Of a stretch of 64,000 nucleotides of DNA, positions 20,472-31,263 are shown piece by piece. A program made the position numbers and the translations under genes. Under the pieces are notes generated by a model that saw only the letters and a program-made list of their open reading frames with translations, did not search any database and was not told the DNA's origin. Source of the stretch: a virus (lineage: Duplodnaviria > Caudoviricetes); the IMG/VR virus record IMGVR_UViG_3300021255_001366, positions 59,920 to 123,919 of that record. The stretch is one strand, 5' to 3'. Numbering within the stretch: position 1 is the stretch's first letter; every line of letters begins with the position of its first letter.

Positions 20472-20507
20472 AATCTTTTCTCCTTTTATTCTTAATTATG
20501 TATTGTA

Positions 20508-21614
20508 TTAAATCTTCCAGAAACCGAAGTATCTACCAAGAACAAGACCAAAGCCCATACGTCTCTGAACCTCATATGTCTGAAGATCACTGAGATAATC
20601 ACCGCGCTCCATCTTTTCCAAAATCTCGGTATCACCCTCGTCAATCATCTTGATGAACCTACCATTCTCACCAATAACAGGCATGATAAGAAGTTCATCG
20701 GGCTGGAATACATAAGACTGCATTGTCTTATCCTTGAAACGGTTCGGAATCTCAACAAGACGAGTGCCGTCATAGATACCGATATTACCACTATTCATTA
20801 CGGAATCCTTCTGAGCAGAAGCTCCCCAATAAACATCAGCAAGACCATTTACCTGAGACAGACCATACTTCGTACCCATAATGACTACCTCTGCCCCATT
20901 GTTAGCGGCACTTACGTCGCCGACGATGCGGTCGAAGGTTGCCTTAGTAGTAGCATCAAGAGTACCAGTACCCTTGAATCTTGCGGGGAGTGCAGTGATT
21001 GCCTGACCAACCTGAGCGTAAGTCTCTTCCTGAATCATCGCAGTGTAAGAACGAGCAATGTTTGCTACCCATGCAGACCAATCTACATCACCAAGGACAT
21101 AACGATTGATATCTGCACCAATCTTTACTACATAAAGTTCAGTGGGGATAGAGATGGTCTGACGACCACGAAGTCTCTGCAAGATATGATCGTGGTGTGA
21201 TGTTCCAGCCTTTGCGATAGAGAAGAGTGCATCCTCATCCTCAATTACGAAATCTTGTCTATCACCAAAACCAATTACCTTACGGTCAACAAGAGAGTTG
21301 AACCAATCAGACTCCTTGAAGTTTGTGTCGATTACAACATTAATAGTATCCTCGATGATATCAAACCACTCACGGCTGTTATCTCTGATTGCTCTACGAA
21401 CAGCCTTAGCGTCCTTGACATCAGTGATACCCATTACCTGACGAGAAAAGTCGAGGATTTTAGCGTTTGCTTCTGCCTTAGAAATTGTACGACCAGACTC
21501 AGAGTCGAAAAGCTCACGACCAAGAGCTACGTCTTGCATAAGATTACTCATTGAATCATAGTCAGTGTCCATAGCTGCGAATACAGCCATTGTATGCTCA
21601 TTAAATCTCTTCAT
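20508..21614 (-). CDS. Major capsid protein
   Basis: About 368 aa from MKRFNEH (RBS aggagg), strong codon bias, follows the protease and decoration genes. Confidence 0.75.
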   Translation of the reverse strand: MKRFNEHTMAVFAAMDTDYDSMSNLMQDVALGRELFDSESGRTISKAEANAKILDFSRQVMGITDVKDAKAVRRAIRDNSREWFDIIEDTINVVIDTNFKESDWFNSLVDRKVIGFGDRQDFVIEDEDALFSIAKAGTSHHDHILQRLRGRQTISIPTELYVVKIGADINRYVLGDVDWSAWVANIARSYTAMIQEETYAQVGQAITALPARFKGTGTLDATTKATFDRIVGDVSAANNGAEVVIMGTKYGLSQVNGLADVYWGASAQKDSVMNSGNIGIYDGTRLVEIPNRFKDKTMQSYVFQPDELLIMPVIGENGRFIKMIDEGDTEILEKMERGDYLSDLQTYEVQRRMGFGLVLGRYFGFWKI

Positions 21615-21639
21615 GATTGTTATTCCTCCTTTCCTCGAA

Positions 21640-22116
21640 TTACTGTACAACGTACTTGCCGCCAGCATACTTTACAGCCTTGCCAGCAACAGGAGTACCC
21701 TGGAATGCTACATCGTTAAGACTTACAAGATCACCAAGATGAAGCTCTAATCCCTGAGTTACATCGCTAGTAGCATTGTAAAAGAGACCTTCATCACGAA
21801 GTTCTTGCTCAGGATACTGGCTAATAGGAGCGTTATATACGAAGAATACAGGATCAGCGGGAAGAGTAGTGAATTCTACATACCAACCCCCCTCGGAAGA
21901 TGCCTCTCTAATAACGCCTTGAACTGCGTTGTCTGTTACTGCAGCAGCTTTATACTGCTCAAATGAAACATAAGCACCCTTGCTTGCAATCTGACCATTG
22001 TCAGTGTTGGCTTGCATAACAAGGTTAATAACATGACCATACTGACCCATTGCCGAAGCTACAAAGCTAGGAAATGCAATCACATGGTTATTGTTTTTAC
22101 TAATATCAATTGCCAT
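21640..22116 (-). CDS. Putative capsid decoration/stabilising protein
   Basis: Biased codons; lies between scaffold and capsid genes. Confidence 0.5.
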   Translation of the reverse strand: MAIDISKNNNHVIAFPSFVASAMGQYGHVINLVMQANTDNGQIASKGAYVSFEQYKAAAVTDNAVQGVIREASSEGGWYVEFTTLPADPVFFVYNAPISQYPEQELRDEGLFYNATSDVTQGLELHLGDLVSLNDVAFQGTPVAGKAVKYAGGKYVVQ

Positions 22117-22228
22117 GATATTTCTCCTTTCATACAAAAAAAATAAGACCTCAGTATAGAGGTCTGTTTTTGTCTTATTTTTTCAACAAGGACGGGCGGT
22201 AATTATCCGTCAAATCCTCAATGATTTA

Positions 22229-24019
22229 TTACTTACTAAATATTCCACCGTATCTAGACTTAGTTCCGGTAGACTTCTTGCTTGGATTACCAAACAGTTT
22301 TATACCTATCATAGGCTTCTGCTCATTTTCAGCCGATGAAAACTCAATCTTGTGAGACTTCGCAAAATCAAGCAACAGACTATCAAGCTTTTCAGTAATC
22401 TCTTCCTTGCTCATAGCAAAGTAAGACTCACGCTTAGACAATTCCTTGAACGCATCAGTATCACGAATCTGATCATAATCAGTATTAGCAAATACCTCAA
22501 GTTTCTCAGGCTCTGCCTCGTACTGCTGAAGCTTCTCTTCAATAGAAGAGTAGTTAGCCTTCATCTGCTCAAGTTGCTTCTTCTCATCAGCAGTAGCAAA
22601 GAGCATAAAAGTTTCAACCCTATCGCCTACAAGAGAATAAACATCTTTCTTTACAGCATAAGACTGACGATAATGCTTGTTAGCCCACCAATCATGGAAC
22701 TCAACAATCTTAGAATCCTCAATGACATCGCAGTCAAACCATGCTCCATCAAGTTCGCCATATGTATCATTAACAAGCGTAGTAAGAGCATTAAGCTTTT
22801 CCTTAAGGCTTACAGAAAACTCTTTCTTCTCACCGTTAACATTTACGGTATAGTCAATAGAGTAGTAGTTGACATCCTCCGGGTCTTCAGCATCAGCACC
22901 ATTATCCTCAGCAGACTGAGTATCAGTAACTTCAGGCTCTGTCGGCTCTTCGGGTTCGTCCTCAGAATCGTCATCATCTTTCTGATCGTCATCCTTGTTA
23001 TCATCATCTTGCTGATCGTCGGAATCGTTATCGTCTTGCTGCTGATCATCATCGTCATCGGACTCATCGTCCTTATCTATGAGAATTTCAGAACCATCAT
23101 CTTCAGACTTCTTCTTTTTCGGAGTCTCTTCAAAATCAGCTGTTGCATCCTGTAAAGGAGTATCTTCGGTAGATTCTTCAGATGTGATTTCTTCTTCCTC
23201 AAAATCTTTCTTCATCCTATTTTCCTCCTTTCTTTCAGAATTGGATATATTGAAACTATCTAACTTTTTGTTTAACTCAGATAGTAGTTCAATTAATTGT
23301 TTATCATTAGACAAAACACTATTTTGTTCAGCGCTAAAAGATACTATGTCTGCACGACTACCAATCATACCTTCTTGAATTTCATCGCCATTTTTTCGTT
23401 TGCCTAACAACGTTGAACCAGCAACATAAAAACTTTTTAAATCAAGATAATTTTCTTTGGCGTTATATGCAAGTTCATCAATTGATAATTCACAACTGTT
23501 TTTCGTACCATTTTTTTCTCGTATAATGTCAGATGCTTTTGTGTATTCTTCTGCAATATATCCATATGCGCATACATAATCCTTATCTAAAGCATCATCG
23601 TGTTCCCAAAATGGTTTTTCTGAAGAAAACGATCCAACTTGTTTTTCAATATAATTAATCTCATGTTCTCCGTTTTCATTTTCAACTATTTCCATTTCGT
23701 GCGATTCAAAATCCCATGTCCCATCATCTAACTGATGTATTGCTGCCATAATAGGTCTGTCAGAAATTGTCGCAGAAGCCTTTACCGCTGCATCATGAGA
23801 TACGTAACTTCTATTACGATTAAGCCCTTCATGAAATAATCTAAATTTAAGTTTTAACATACCTCTGTGATTATCATCAGTAGAATTCTCGATTTCAAAA
23901 GTGGTAGGAACTTGAACGGCTAATTTATAACCAGATTCTTTGGAACTAAATCTTGCAAAATTATTTTCCCTACAAAACTGTACCAAATCATCAATGGTAA
24001 GTAATCTTTTTTTTACCAT
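22229..24019 (-). CDS. Prohead protease/scaffold fusion
   Basis: N-terminal protease-like domain (FHEGLNRNRS, NSCEL), long acidic D/E linker and coiled-coil C-terminus; lies between portal and capsid. Confidence 0.7.
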   Translation of the reverse strand: MVKKRLLTIDDLVQFCRENNFARFSSKESGYKLAVQVPTTFEIENSTDDNHRGMLKLKFRLFHEGLNRNRSYVSHDAAVKASATISDRPIMAAIHQLDDGTWDFESHEMEIVENENGEHEINYIEKQVGSFSSEKPFWEHDDALDKDYVCAYGYIAEEYTKASDIIREKNGTKNSCELSIDELAYNAKENYLDLKSFYVAGSTLLGKRKNGDEIQEGMIGSRADIVSFSAEQNSVLSNDKQLIELLSELNKKLDSFNISNSERKEENRMKKDFEEEEITSEESTEDTPLQDATADFEETPKKKKSEDDGSEILIDKDDESDDDDDQQQDDNDSDDQQDDDNKDDDQKDDDDSEDEPEEPTEPEVTDTQSAEDNGADAEDPEDVNYYSIDYTVNVNGEKKEFSVSLKEKLNALTTLVNDTYGELDGAWFDCDVIEDSKIVEFHDWWANKHYRQSYAVKKDVYSLVGDRVETFMLFATADEKKQLEQMKANYSSIEEKLQQYEAEPEKLEVFANTDYDQIRDTDAFKELSKRESYFAMSKEEITEKLDSLLLDFAKSHKIEFSSAENEQKPMIGIKLFGNPSKKSTGTKSRYGGIFSK

Positions 24020-24035
24020 TTTTATTCCTTTCTTG

Positions 24036-24944
24036 TTATATGTATTTCCATATATAACCATTAATAATACAACTTCCTTTTAAAATAGCATTTCCTATAG
24101 TTTCACTATTTAACTCTTCTTTGACGCTTTTTAATGACGGAAAAACTTTAATCAAATTATTACATAAATCAAACTGTCCAACAGATTTTCCTCTCTTTTT
24201 ATAGTCAACAGGATATTTATCAAAACAATCTCCTTTATATCTATAAACAAAACCATCAATATTATATTTATATCCGCCACAACAATCTCGTATTTTTCTA
24301 CGCATTTTTTTATCATCAGTAATTTTATTTATACATTCAAAAGATTGTAAGAAATTCCCATTTAAATCATACATATCAACACCTTTATTTTTAAAAATCA
24401 TATCTGTCTTGCATTCTTCGCCAGCATACGACCACAAATATCCTGCAACAGAACCATTTCTATCTCCCCTACAACAATGACCAATCGATGCCTTATCAGC
24501 TCCTACAGATTGAGCTGCAAGAGTAATAGATTCAAATTCTTTTATAAATATACCATCCAACGAATATTGCCACACTGGAATACCTTTGTAACCATAATCA
24601 TCTCCTCCGGCAGAAATATTATATCCATACATTGAATTATTTGACTTATATTTTTTTATATAGTAGCGTTCAAATTTTTTTAACATCATTACCAAATGGT
24701 TTAAGTCAACATCATTAAGTTCCTTCAATACCGAACACGAAAAATGTTCAGTACCAAGATCTCCAATTATTAAATCAAATGGAGTAACGTCTGAAACTTT
24801 AGTTTTTTTATGAGCTTTTAAATGTTGTTGAAATCTTTTCTGTATAGTCTGCCTTGTTTGTCCTATATAAACCTTATTGTTAATATCATTACAAATAATA
24901 TATATATAACCTTCCCACAAGCCAGTCTCTTGATTATATGCCAT
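24036..24944 (-). CDS. GIY-YIG homing endonuclease with NUMOD1-like repeats
   Basis: GYIYIICNDINNKVYIGQT, RFQQH, ERYYI, YGYNIS, and three repeats of the form V.QY.LDG.FIK.F.S. Confidence 0.85.
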   Translation of the reverse strand: MAYNQETGLWEGYIYIICNDINNKVYIGQTRQTIQKRFQQHLKAHKKTKVSDVTPFDLIIGDLGTEHFSCSVLKELNDVDLNHLVMMLKKFERYYIKKYKSNNSMYGYNISAGGDDYGYKGIPVWQYSLDGIFIKEFESITLAAQSVGADKASIGHCCRGDRNGSVAGYLWSYAGEECKTDMIFKNKGVDMYDLNGNFLQSFECINKITDDKKMRRKIRDCCGGYKYNIDGFVYRYKGDCFDKYPVDYKKRGKSVGQFDLCNNLIKVFPSLKSVKEELNSETIGNAILKGSCIINGYIWKYI

Positions 24945-25037
24945 AATTAATCTCTCCTTTCTTAAACAAAAAAAGAAGAGCGGGAATACAGCCCACCCAA
25001 AAGAGCAAAATCGAAAAACAGTCGAAAGCTCTAAAAA

Positions 25038-25259
25038 TTAATTCTTTATATACTGAACACCATAAAAGTCATTAAACAACAATTTATTTGTGGTCGTATA
25101 CTTTACTTTTTTCTTTTCAAAAAACGTCTTATTAATCTTTAAACGCTCCTCGTCATTTAGAAAATACCAGCACTTACCATCTTGACCAACGACGCTAAAG
25201 CCTTCGTCTTTAAGCAACATAGCAGTACCAAGATCATCTGTTAATATGAATTTATCCAT
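25038..25259 (-). CDS. Small hypothetical protein
   Basis: Likely real start MDKFILTDD after an aagga-type RBS; the upstream part of the tracked ORF lies in hairpin-rich sequence. Confidence 0.5.
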   Translation of the reverse strand: MDKFILTDDLGTAMLLKDEGFSVVGQDGKCWYFLNDEERLKINKTFFEKKKVKYTTTNKLLFNDFYGVQYIKN

Positions 25260-25289
25260 GTCATCATCCTTTTCTTCATATAAAAGTCC

Positions 25290-25976
25290 CGTAGCCACAT
25301 GCATATGACTACGGGCAATTTGTCGGGACACACCCGACGGACAATCTAAAATTCCATCCGCCAATACCCAAGAGCGAAGAGTAGTTTGAGTACATAACTC
25401 AGGTACAAACATTCGCAAACCGACCTTTTATATTGCGGTAATCGGTCTCCGCATGGGTTCTGTTTGGTTTTAAATTAACGGCTTCGTCAGCCAAAAGTTG
25501 TATGGTTATCCGATATTGCAGTGTTTTACAGATTCGTCATCTAACCACACGAACACCTCTCGAAACGTGCCTCCTCGGAATAGGGCTACACCAGTACCAT
25601 CACGCACCTACGTGTTTAGGTCTTTTCGTTGACCACTTATATTGGTTTAATGTCTCAATACCGACAATAAAAACCCACCGTTGTAGCATAGGTCGTGGAA
25701 CACCTACCGTACCATCCTTGGGTATAACCCTCACACTTTCCTTGCAATCGGTAAATGACTATAAAGCTTCTCACTTGAATTTTAAGGTGGACGAGATTTC
25801 CCACCAGTAGAGTTATTGCGCATTAAGGTTACTTTGCTTACCTCGTTACTGTCGGTTGAGGTTGCCGACTCCTATATCAAACCACTGATTAACCTGACTC
25901 AGTAGTCGAATCCTATAGTGGAAGCGACGGCTTCCACATAATAATATATAACCCGTCACAGCATTGCCATGACGGG
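25290..25976 (-). ncRNA. Candidate large structured ncRNA (ROOL/GOLLD-sized)
   Basis: About 700 nt with no credible ORF, more than 10 visible hairpins, and a possible closing helix between 25908-25915 and 25347-25354. Confidence 0.55.
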
Positions 25977-26007
25977 CGCATCTCATTCGTCTTAACAAAC
26001 GAGCAGC

Positions 26008-27618
26008 TTATCTATTTCGTGAACGTTCACCTTCCGGCGAAAGTTCTTCAGCTGGCTTTTCCGGGGCGCCTTCTCCAACTTCTCCTTTTTCACCATCATT
26101 ACTTGTAGTATATGAGCTTTGAAGAGGGTATTGCATTAAGTTTTGTAAGCCTAACACTTGTGTTTCAAATAATAGACTTGCCATAGTTTCCTTTTCTGAG
26201 AAACCAAGAAGAGTGCCATAAGCCAATCTATAAGAATAACTATATTGGTTTGATTCTAATAACGCATTTCTATAATCATCCTTAGTAAAAATTGTAACTG
26301 GCATTAAATGAATAGGACAGTAGTTAGAAACATTCAGCGCTAATTGCAAATTAATCCAAGCATTAATCTGAGGCAATACACTACTTAACACATAAGCAGA
26401 TTCTGATTTTAAAGCCGCATTAATTAATGCAGAGTTGTTAACCAACTTATTTCCGTTTAACAATGCTCCAACACCACCAGCCGAACTCAAGATTTGTTGT
26501 TGCGAATTCTCAACTCGATTTACATCGTCAGATACATTATCAGAAAAATCGATTGTCTTAAGTTCATCTCCGGGAATAACAGCGCTTGATACGCCATCTG
26601 GTATTGCGTTGTCGGCTGCTATTTTAAAATAATCTATAGCCAAATCAGGTGTGATTTCAAACTCATCTGGACTCTTTGCAGAATTCATGACCTTAAGCGG
26701 CATATAAATCATTCTATAAAAACTGAGTTTATCTGCACTGGACTGCACATCTGCCAAATCATTAAGATTGGCAAGTCCGAGTAACATCGGAAGCAGTGGG
26801 GGAATAATAGCGTCCATTAAATCAGTTCGAAACTTAACCACAAACGAATACTCTGCTGGCACATGAACATACTTAACGCCAGTTTTATCGTATTCGTCCC
26901 ACATAGAAGATAAGGGTTCGCCTAAATATTCTATTAACGCTTGGCGTTGCGCCGATTTCCACTTGCTCATATCGAGTGCCATGCCGTAACAAGATGAATC
27001 ATTAACCGTATAAATACTATCGATAATAGCCTCATTAGGATCAATTCGCCACATAAACGAACCAGTGTCATCATGGAAAAACAAGTTAAATGAAACGTCC
27101 TCAATCCACATATTAACAAGAGGGGTGTTCATAATATTCTCCAAACCAACCTTATCCATAAAGTCTATGGTAGACTGAAACTGTTTCAACGCCTTAGTAG
27201 CATCCATTCCCTTAACAAATGAATACGGTGGCTCTATGCTACGACAATCAAGGCAATACATATCTGCATATGCGTATATCATCTTTTGATATATTGGAGA
27301 CCTATAAAAAAGATATCTACTAGCGTTAATCAAATTCTTTGAATTTGCATAAATATTACCAGTAAGATACCCTTTGATAGTGTTTTTATCTGTGCTTGTC
27401 AAAGAAAGGGTAGCGGCATTTTTAGTAATATCCCTAATAGTCTTCATTACCTTTTCTTCTTTAGCATTCGCATAATGTTTCATTTGTTTTTCTTCTTCAA
27501 GTTTAAATGTTTCTCGAATTGCAGCTACAGATTGATTCGGTTTTCCTACATTGCCATTTACTGTAGCTACCTTTTCTTTTGAGACGCTACTTGCGTCAAT
27601 ATCTTTTTTCTCCGCCAT
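26008..27618 (-). CDS. Portal protein
   Basis: 536 aa directly after the large terminase; helical, with a SSYTTS...GAPEK C-terminal tail. Confidence 0.75.
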   Translation of the reverse strand: MAEKKDIDASSVSKEKVATVNGNVGKPNQSVAAIRETFKLEEEKQMKHYANAKEEKVMKTIRDITKNAATLSLTSTDKNTIKGYLTGNIYANSKNLINASRYLFYRSPIYQKMIYAYADMYCLDCRSIEPPYSFVKGMDATKALKQFQSTIDFMDKVGLENIMNTPLVNMWIEDVSFNLFFHDDTGSFMWRIDPNEAIIDSIYTVNDSSCYGMALDMSKWKSAQRQALIEYLGEPLSSMWDEYDKTGVKYVHVPAEYSFVVKFRTDLMDAIIPPLLPMLLGLANLNDLADVQSSADKLSFYRMIYMPLKVMNSAKSPDEFEITPDLAIDYFKIAADNAIPDGVSSAVIPGDELKTIDFSDNVSDDVNRVENSQQQILSSAGGVGALLNGNKLVNNSALINAALKSESAYVLSSVLPQINAWINLQLALNVSNYCPIHLMPVTIFTKDDYRNALLESNQYSYSYRLAYGTLLGFSEKETMASLLFETQVLGLQNLMQYPLQSSYTTSNDGEKGEVGEGAPEKPAEELSPEGERSRNR

Positions 27619-27632
27619 TACGCGTCTCCTTT

Positions 27633-29678
27633 CTATTTTTTAGTTGCTATACCACCGCGGATTTGGGCGGTGAGTTTGGAAAGTAAATCATTTGTATTGT
27701 TTTTTGGTTTAGAAAGCAATAGTTTTCTACGCTCTTCCATCAATGCATATCCCATGAGTGCAGCTGTATAGGCACGATCATCGTGCATTTTATTTGCTTT
27801 CTCAGGCGTTAGTTCAAAAGAATCTTTACCAGAATCTCTCTTTTTACGAACCATATTGACAAGTTCTTCTTTCATTGCGTCTATATTTGCAAGACCAATT
27901 TTATCTTTCCAATCAAGCTTGATTGTTTTAGTATTTACAGATTGAACCTTACCAAGTTCTTCTTGCATTTTTTCCTCAAACTCTTTTTCATTTAATTTTT
28001 TTTTCTTCAACTCTTCGGCAATGCGTTCTTTTTCTTTGTCCAATTTTTTTTGGTCTATATCAAACACAGTAAGATAATCCTTATTGTCATATGTACTCGT
28101 AAAACTAATTTTATCTTGGGTAAGCATTTCAATTAATGCTTCATACATTTCTGATTTATACTTTGATGGACTCATAAGATGAATCTTATCAACAGCATTT
28201 GGAAAACGACTTACGTATTCGGAAGAAAACTCCTTATCAATAAGCCCTCTATGCATCATCCCATCAGCAGTTTCCCAATCAGACATAAGATAATCGGCTA
28301 TATTTACACCGCCTCCACCTGAACCAGCGTCAATCCAAATACCGACTATATTGCCATAAGCATCGGCTCCGGCATTATAATCAAGTATCATCTGCTTTAA
28401 ATATTCAACTTGATCTGGTGTTCTCATTGGCGATTTGATTTTTTTACCAACGTCTAATAAATTGACTCCATTGACTATTCTAGCTCGCTTATCTATTGTT
28501 CCATCCTTTTGTATATAATCATAGAACTCAGCAACAAGTATAAACGAGTTGTCCATCTGTCTAGCTGGATCATAAAATAATCCATATTTTTTATCACCAG
28601 TTTCGTTGCAATGAATAGGTTTACGAGTCTCCTCATTTCGAGTTATAACACCACGTTTAACAATTGCATCAGAACCAGCTTCAGTAGTAAACTGACAATA
28701 ATACTCACGTCTTGCCTTTTCCGGATTTGTTCTCATTTCTGATTCAACTGTTGAACGAGTTAAAAGCGGAGCAATTGTTTTGCCGTGTAATGTAGGTTTA
28801 AAAGCCACTTCACAATCTATATGCAATACACAATAATCTGGATCTCCCATTATTTGACGCTTAGACCAGTCTCTATATAGTGCATAATATTTTGTATCAG
28901 TCGAAGAAGCAGAACTAATCAAGAACTTTTGATTTGGTATATTTGTTGCAAATGTTCTTTGACGAATAGGGTCAATAGATCTACCATTTGAATCCTTTCC
29001 TGTTTTAAAACTCTTATTGACAATTGCAAACGCAGAATATACATTAATCATTTCTTCCGTAAGAAAAGCCGACTCATCAAAAATTATAGATCCACGTTCT
29101 CCTCTTTTGGCATCTATATTACTATTAAGTGTCTTTGTTGTTGATCCGTTATATGTACTATATGTAAATCCATTAGAACCATGACTAAATCCATCGCCAC
29201 TAGCATTTGGAATTACAATTTCATCTTTAAATAGTTTTCCAGTAGAACCTTGGAATTCATCAATATTATCATTTGCTAATTTTTCTAATGTTACGAACGT
29301 TTGCTCTGCTTGTGAGCCAGAACCACTAGCTATATAGCACCAATAGTTACAAAACAAACTATCTTTTGACATTAATATCACATCAATAGTTGTTGACTTT
29401 CCAATACCACGACTAGCCGTAACCAAAACATTTGGACAATTCCAAGCCCTTTGAATAATAAGCGCCTGACAATCTAGCATCTCAATGTTATACATTAAGT
29501 CTATCCATTTTAAAGGATTACATTGAAAATACTTTTGCATTCTAGATATTTCTAATAACGCTTCTATTTTTCTTGTAGACATTGGATAATCTATAGGCTT
29601 TACAAATATTCCATAGTCCTTGTAAAAGTCTTTGTCATACGGCAAATCCATATCATTCGGAAGAAGTATCTTGTTCAT
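27633..29678 (-). CDS. Terminase large subunit
   Basis: Walker A ASRGIGKST, Walker B IIFDES, ISSAS motif III, and nuclease acidic motifs YDPARQMD and HDDRAY. Confidence 0.9.
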   Translation of the reverse strand: MNKILLPNDMDLPYDKDFYKDYGIFVKPIDYPMSTRKIEALLEISRMQKYFQCNPLKWIDLMYNIEMLDCQALIIQRAWNCPNVLVTASRGIGKSTTIDVILMSKDSLFCNYWCYIASGSGSQAEQTFVTLEKLANDNIDEFQGSTGKLFKDEIVIPNASGDGFSHGSNGFTYSTYNGSTTKTLNSNIDAKRGERGSIIFDESAFLTEEMINVYSAFAIVNKSFKTGKDSNGRSIDPIRQRTFATNIPNQKFLISSASSTDTKYYALYRDWSKRQIMGDPDYCVLHIDCEVAFKPTLHGKTIAPLLTRSTVESEMRTNPEKARREYYCQFTTEAGSDAIVKRGVITRNEETRKPIHCNETGDKKYGLFYDPARQMDNSFILVAEFYDYIQKDGTIDKRARIVNGVNLLDVGKKIKSPMRTPDQVEYLKQMILDYNAGADAYGNIVGIWIDAGSGGGGVNIADYLMSDWETADGMMHRGLIDKEFSSEYVSRFPNAVDKIHLMSPSKYKSEMYEALIEMLTQDKISFTSTYDNKDYLTVFDIDQKKLDKEKERIAEELKKKKLNEKEFEEKMQEELGKVQSVNTKTIKLDWKDKIGLANIDAMKEELVNMVRKKRDSGKDSFELTPEKANKMHDDRAYTAALMGYALMEERRKLLLSKPKNNTNDLLSKLTAQIRGGIATKK

Positions 29679-30999
29679 CTGTAACTTCCTCCTCTACATT
29701 ACCAAACACAGAATATATTTCTTCTAAATTCTTGTATTCTATATCTGGACATATATTTTTTTCATCAAGGAAATCTTTTAAATCTAAATTTTCACGCAAC
29801 AATATTCTGTTGATTTCCTTATATTGGTCACGTTCTTGTCTCAAAGACTGATTCATAACCCTCATTTCAGCAACCATATCAGACCACTCTGATTCATCAA
29901 GGGCAAGCTGTTTCATAATTGATGCATCGCTTAATTCTTGAACTTGTTGCATTCCTCTGCATGTAGCAATGTCAAACCCATTAACTTCAGCACCACGCAA
30001 ATTCAAATCTTTGATTCTTTTTAATTTTCCAGTCCATGTGTTTTCTCCTTTAATAGAGTTTTTGCTATTTTTTAAAGAAATACAACTTTGTTCTGCAAGC
30101 TTGGTTACGTTCATGGTTATATTCTTTTTCATTTCTTGCAACGCCTTAACAGTTGCGATATTCTTTTCAGCATTTCTTGGATCTTGAACCAAATCTGCAA
30201 TCATATCATCAATCTGATTTATCTGTAAAAATCCTCTAACAATACTAATAATAGATGAGGTTCTCATCATGTCATCATTGCCATTTTCATCAGAATCTAA
30301 AAATCCAATAAGTTGAGAATACAAAAACGGCTGATCAGCCAATTTCTCCTTTTCAAAAGGTAAATATCCAAGTAGCCTCAAAGTATCATTTTTATTCTTT
30401 TCAAATTGTTCAAGTATTTCTTGGTCTTTTGGCAATGCATCCTCAATCATGTCATTGAGGCTTAACATACCTCCTGTATAATTATCAGAATCTCTATAAG
30501 TCATAGTATAGTAATTTTGCATTGCTATATTTTTAATATAACTAGTCCATACATTAGACTTCGATTTACCAGTGGCTTGATTTGCCGCTTCAAGTAATGA
30601 CGCATCCCATACTGAATCAAGCATAGGTTTGTCAAGAAAATAACAAGCATCATCAACAGACTTCTTTGTTGGCTGTTGTTTTTCGCCATGTACCGTTGGC
30701 AATGCAATATCTGCCGCACACTGCTTACAACCATCGGTTATTCCGCTTGCACAGTTAGGAGCAGTCGATGAATAAAAATCTAACTTCTTTTTCGGCTTAT
30801 TACAATGTTGGCACGTATAATACTTTGATCCAACTCCAAGAGCTTCTAAACATTGGAGCTGATCCTTATCTTCAAGTTGTTCAAATAGTTTTTGTATTTT
30901 ATCTATTTGTTCTTTTATATCTCTAAGTCCGGTAATTTTGTCACTACGAGTATTTGTAGTTGACTTCTGACCGACTTGCTTCATGGTTTTCGTAGCCAC
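29653..30999 (-). CDS. Zn-finger protein overlapping the terminase start, possibly a small terminase/packaging factor
   Basis: CQHC...CKQC; translational overlap with the large terminase. Confidence 0.45.
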   Translation of the reverse strand: MATKTMKQVGQKSTTNTRSDKITGLRDIKEQIDKIQKLFEQLEDKDQLQCLEALGVGSKYYTCQHCNKPKKKLDFYSSTAPNCASGITDGCKQCAADIALPTVHGEKQQPTKKSVDDACYFLDKPMLDSVWDASLLEAANQATGKSKSNVWTSYIKNIAMQNYYTMTYRDSDNYTGGMLSLNDMIEDALPKDQEILEQFEKNKNDTLRLLGYLPFEKEKLADQPFLYSQLIGFLDSDENGNDDMMRTSSIISIVRGFLQINQIDDMIADLVQDPRNAEKNIATVKALQEMKKNITMNVTKLAEQSCISLKNSKNSIKGENTWTGKLKRIKDLNLRGAEVNGFDIATCRGMQQVQELSDASIMKQLALDESEWSDMVAEMRVMNQSLRQERDQYKEINRILLRENLDLKDFLDEKNICPDIEYKNLEEIYSVFGNVEEEVTDEQDTSSE

Positions 31000-31189
31000 A
31001 AATTCACCTCTTCCTTTTAATCATAAAAACGGGTTCGCCTTAGGTATTTCTCCGTTCGGTACATCCCCGTGTCGTGATATTTTTTATTTTCGCCTTTCGC
31101 ATTAAGACTTTCGAGACGCATCTCTACTTATCACATGTCCGCAATCATCTGTCTTTCACTGCCTATCCGAAGAATAGCAGAGGGCATAT

Positions 31190-31263
31190 TGCTACGTCTC
31201 AGAGTTGGACTGAGTTAACCGTGCTTATGAGGCACAGTGAGATATCCGACCTCCCACCAGCTA
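31190..31263 (-). tRNA. Degenerate tRNA with CAT anticodon (Met/Ile2), possible pseudo-tRNA
   Basis: Anticodon arm gtgc-ctCATaa-gcac, T-arm ctcag-tccaact-ctgag; acceptor stem pairs poorly. Confidence 0.45.

Noticed and set aside
22960-23075. Short tandem tcatc/tcgtc repeats
   Set aside because: They encode the D/Q-rich low-complexity linker and are not a CRISPR or DNA-level repeat system.
22352-23155. 267-aa plus-strand ORF with a hydrophobic I/V/L stretch
   Set aside because: It is antisense to the acidic GAT/GAC linker of the protease/scaffold gene, so it is an artefact.
25502-25810. 102-aa plus-strand ORF in the portal-protease gap
   Set aside because: It is on the wrong strand for the operon and has no RBS; the region is better explained as structured RNA.
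25895-25925. GGATTCGAC (minus strand), resembling the tmRNA 5' end
   Set aside because: There is no GGGG acceptor start, and I found no matching 3' T-arm/CCA end or tag reading frame.
24036-26000. Group I intron carrying the GIY-YIG gene
   Set aside because: The flanking genes appear uninterrupted, and I could not identify P7 or other core intron elements.
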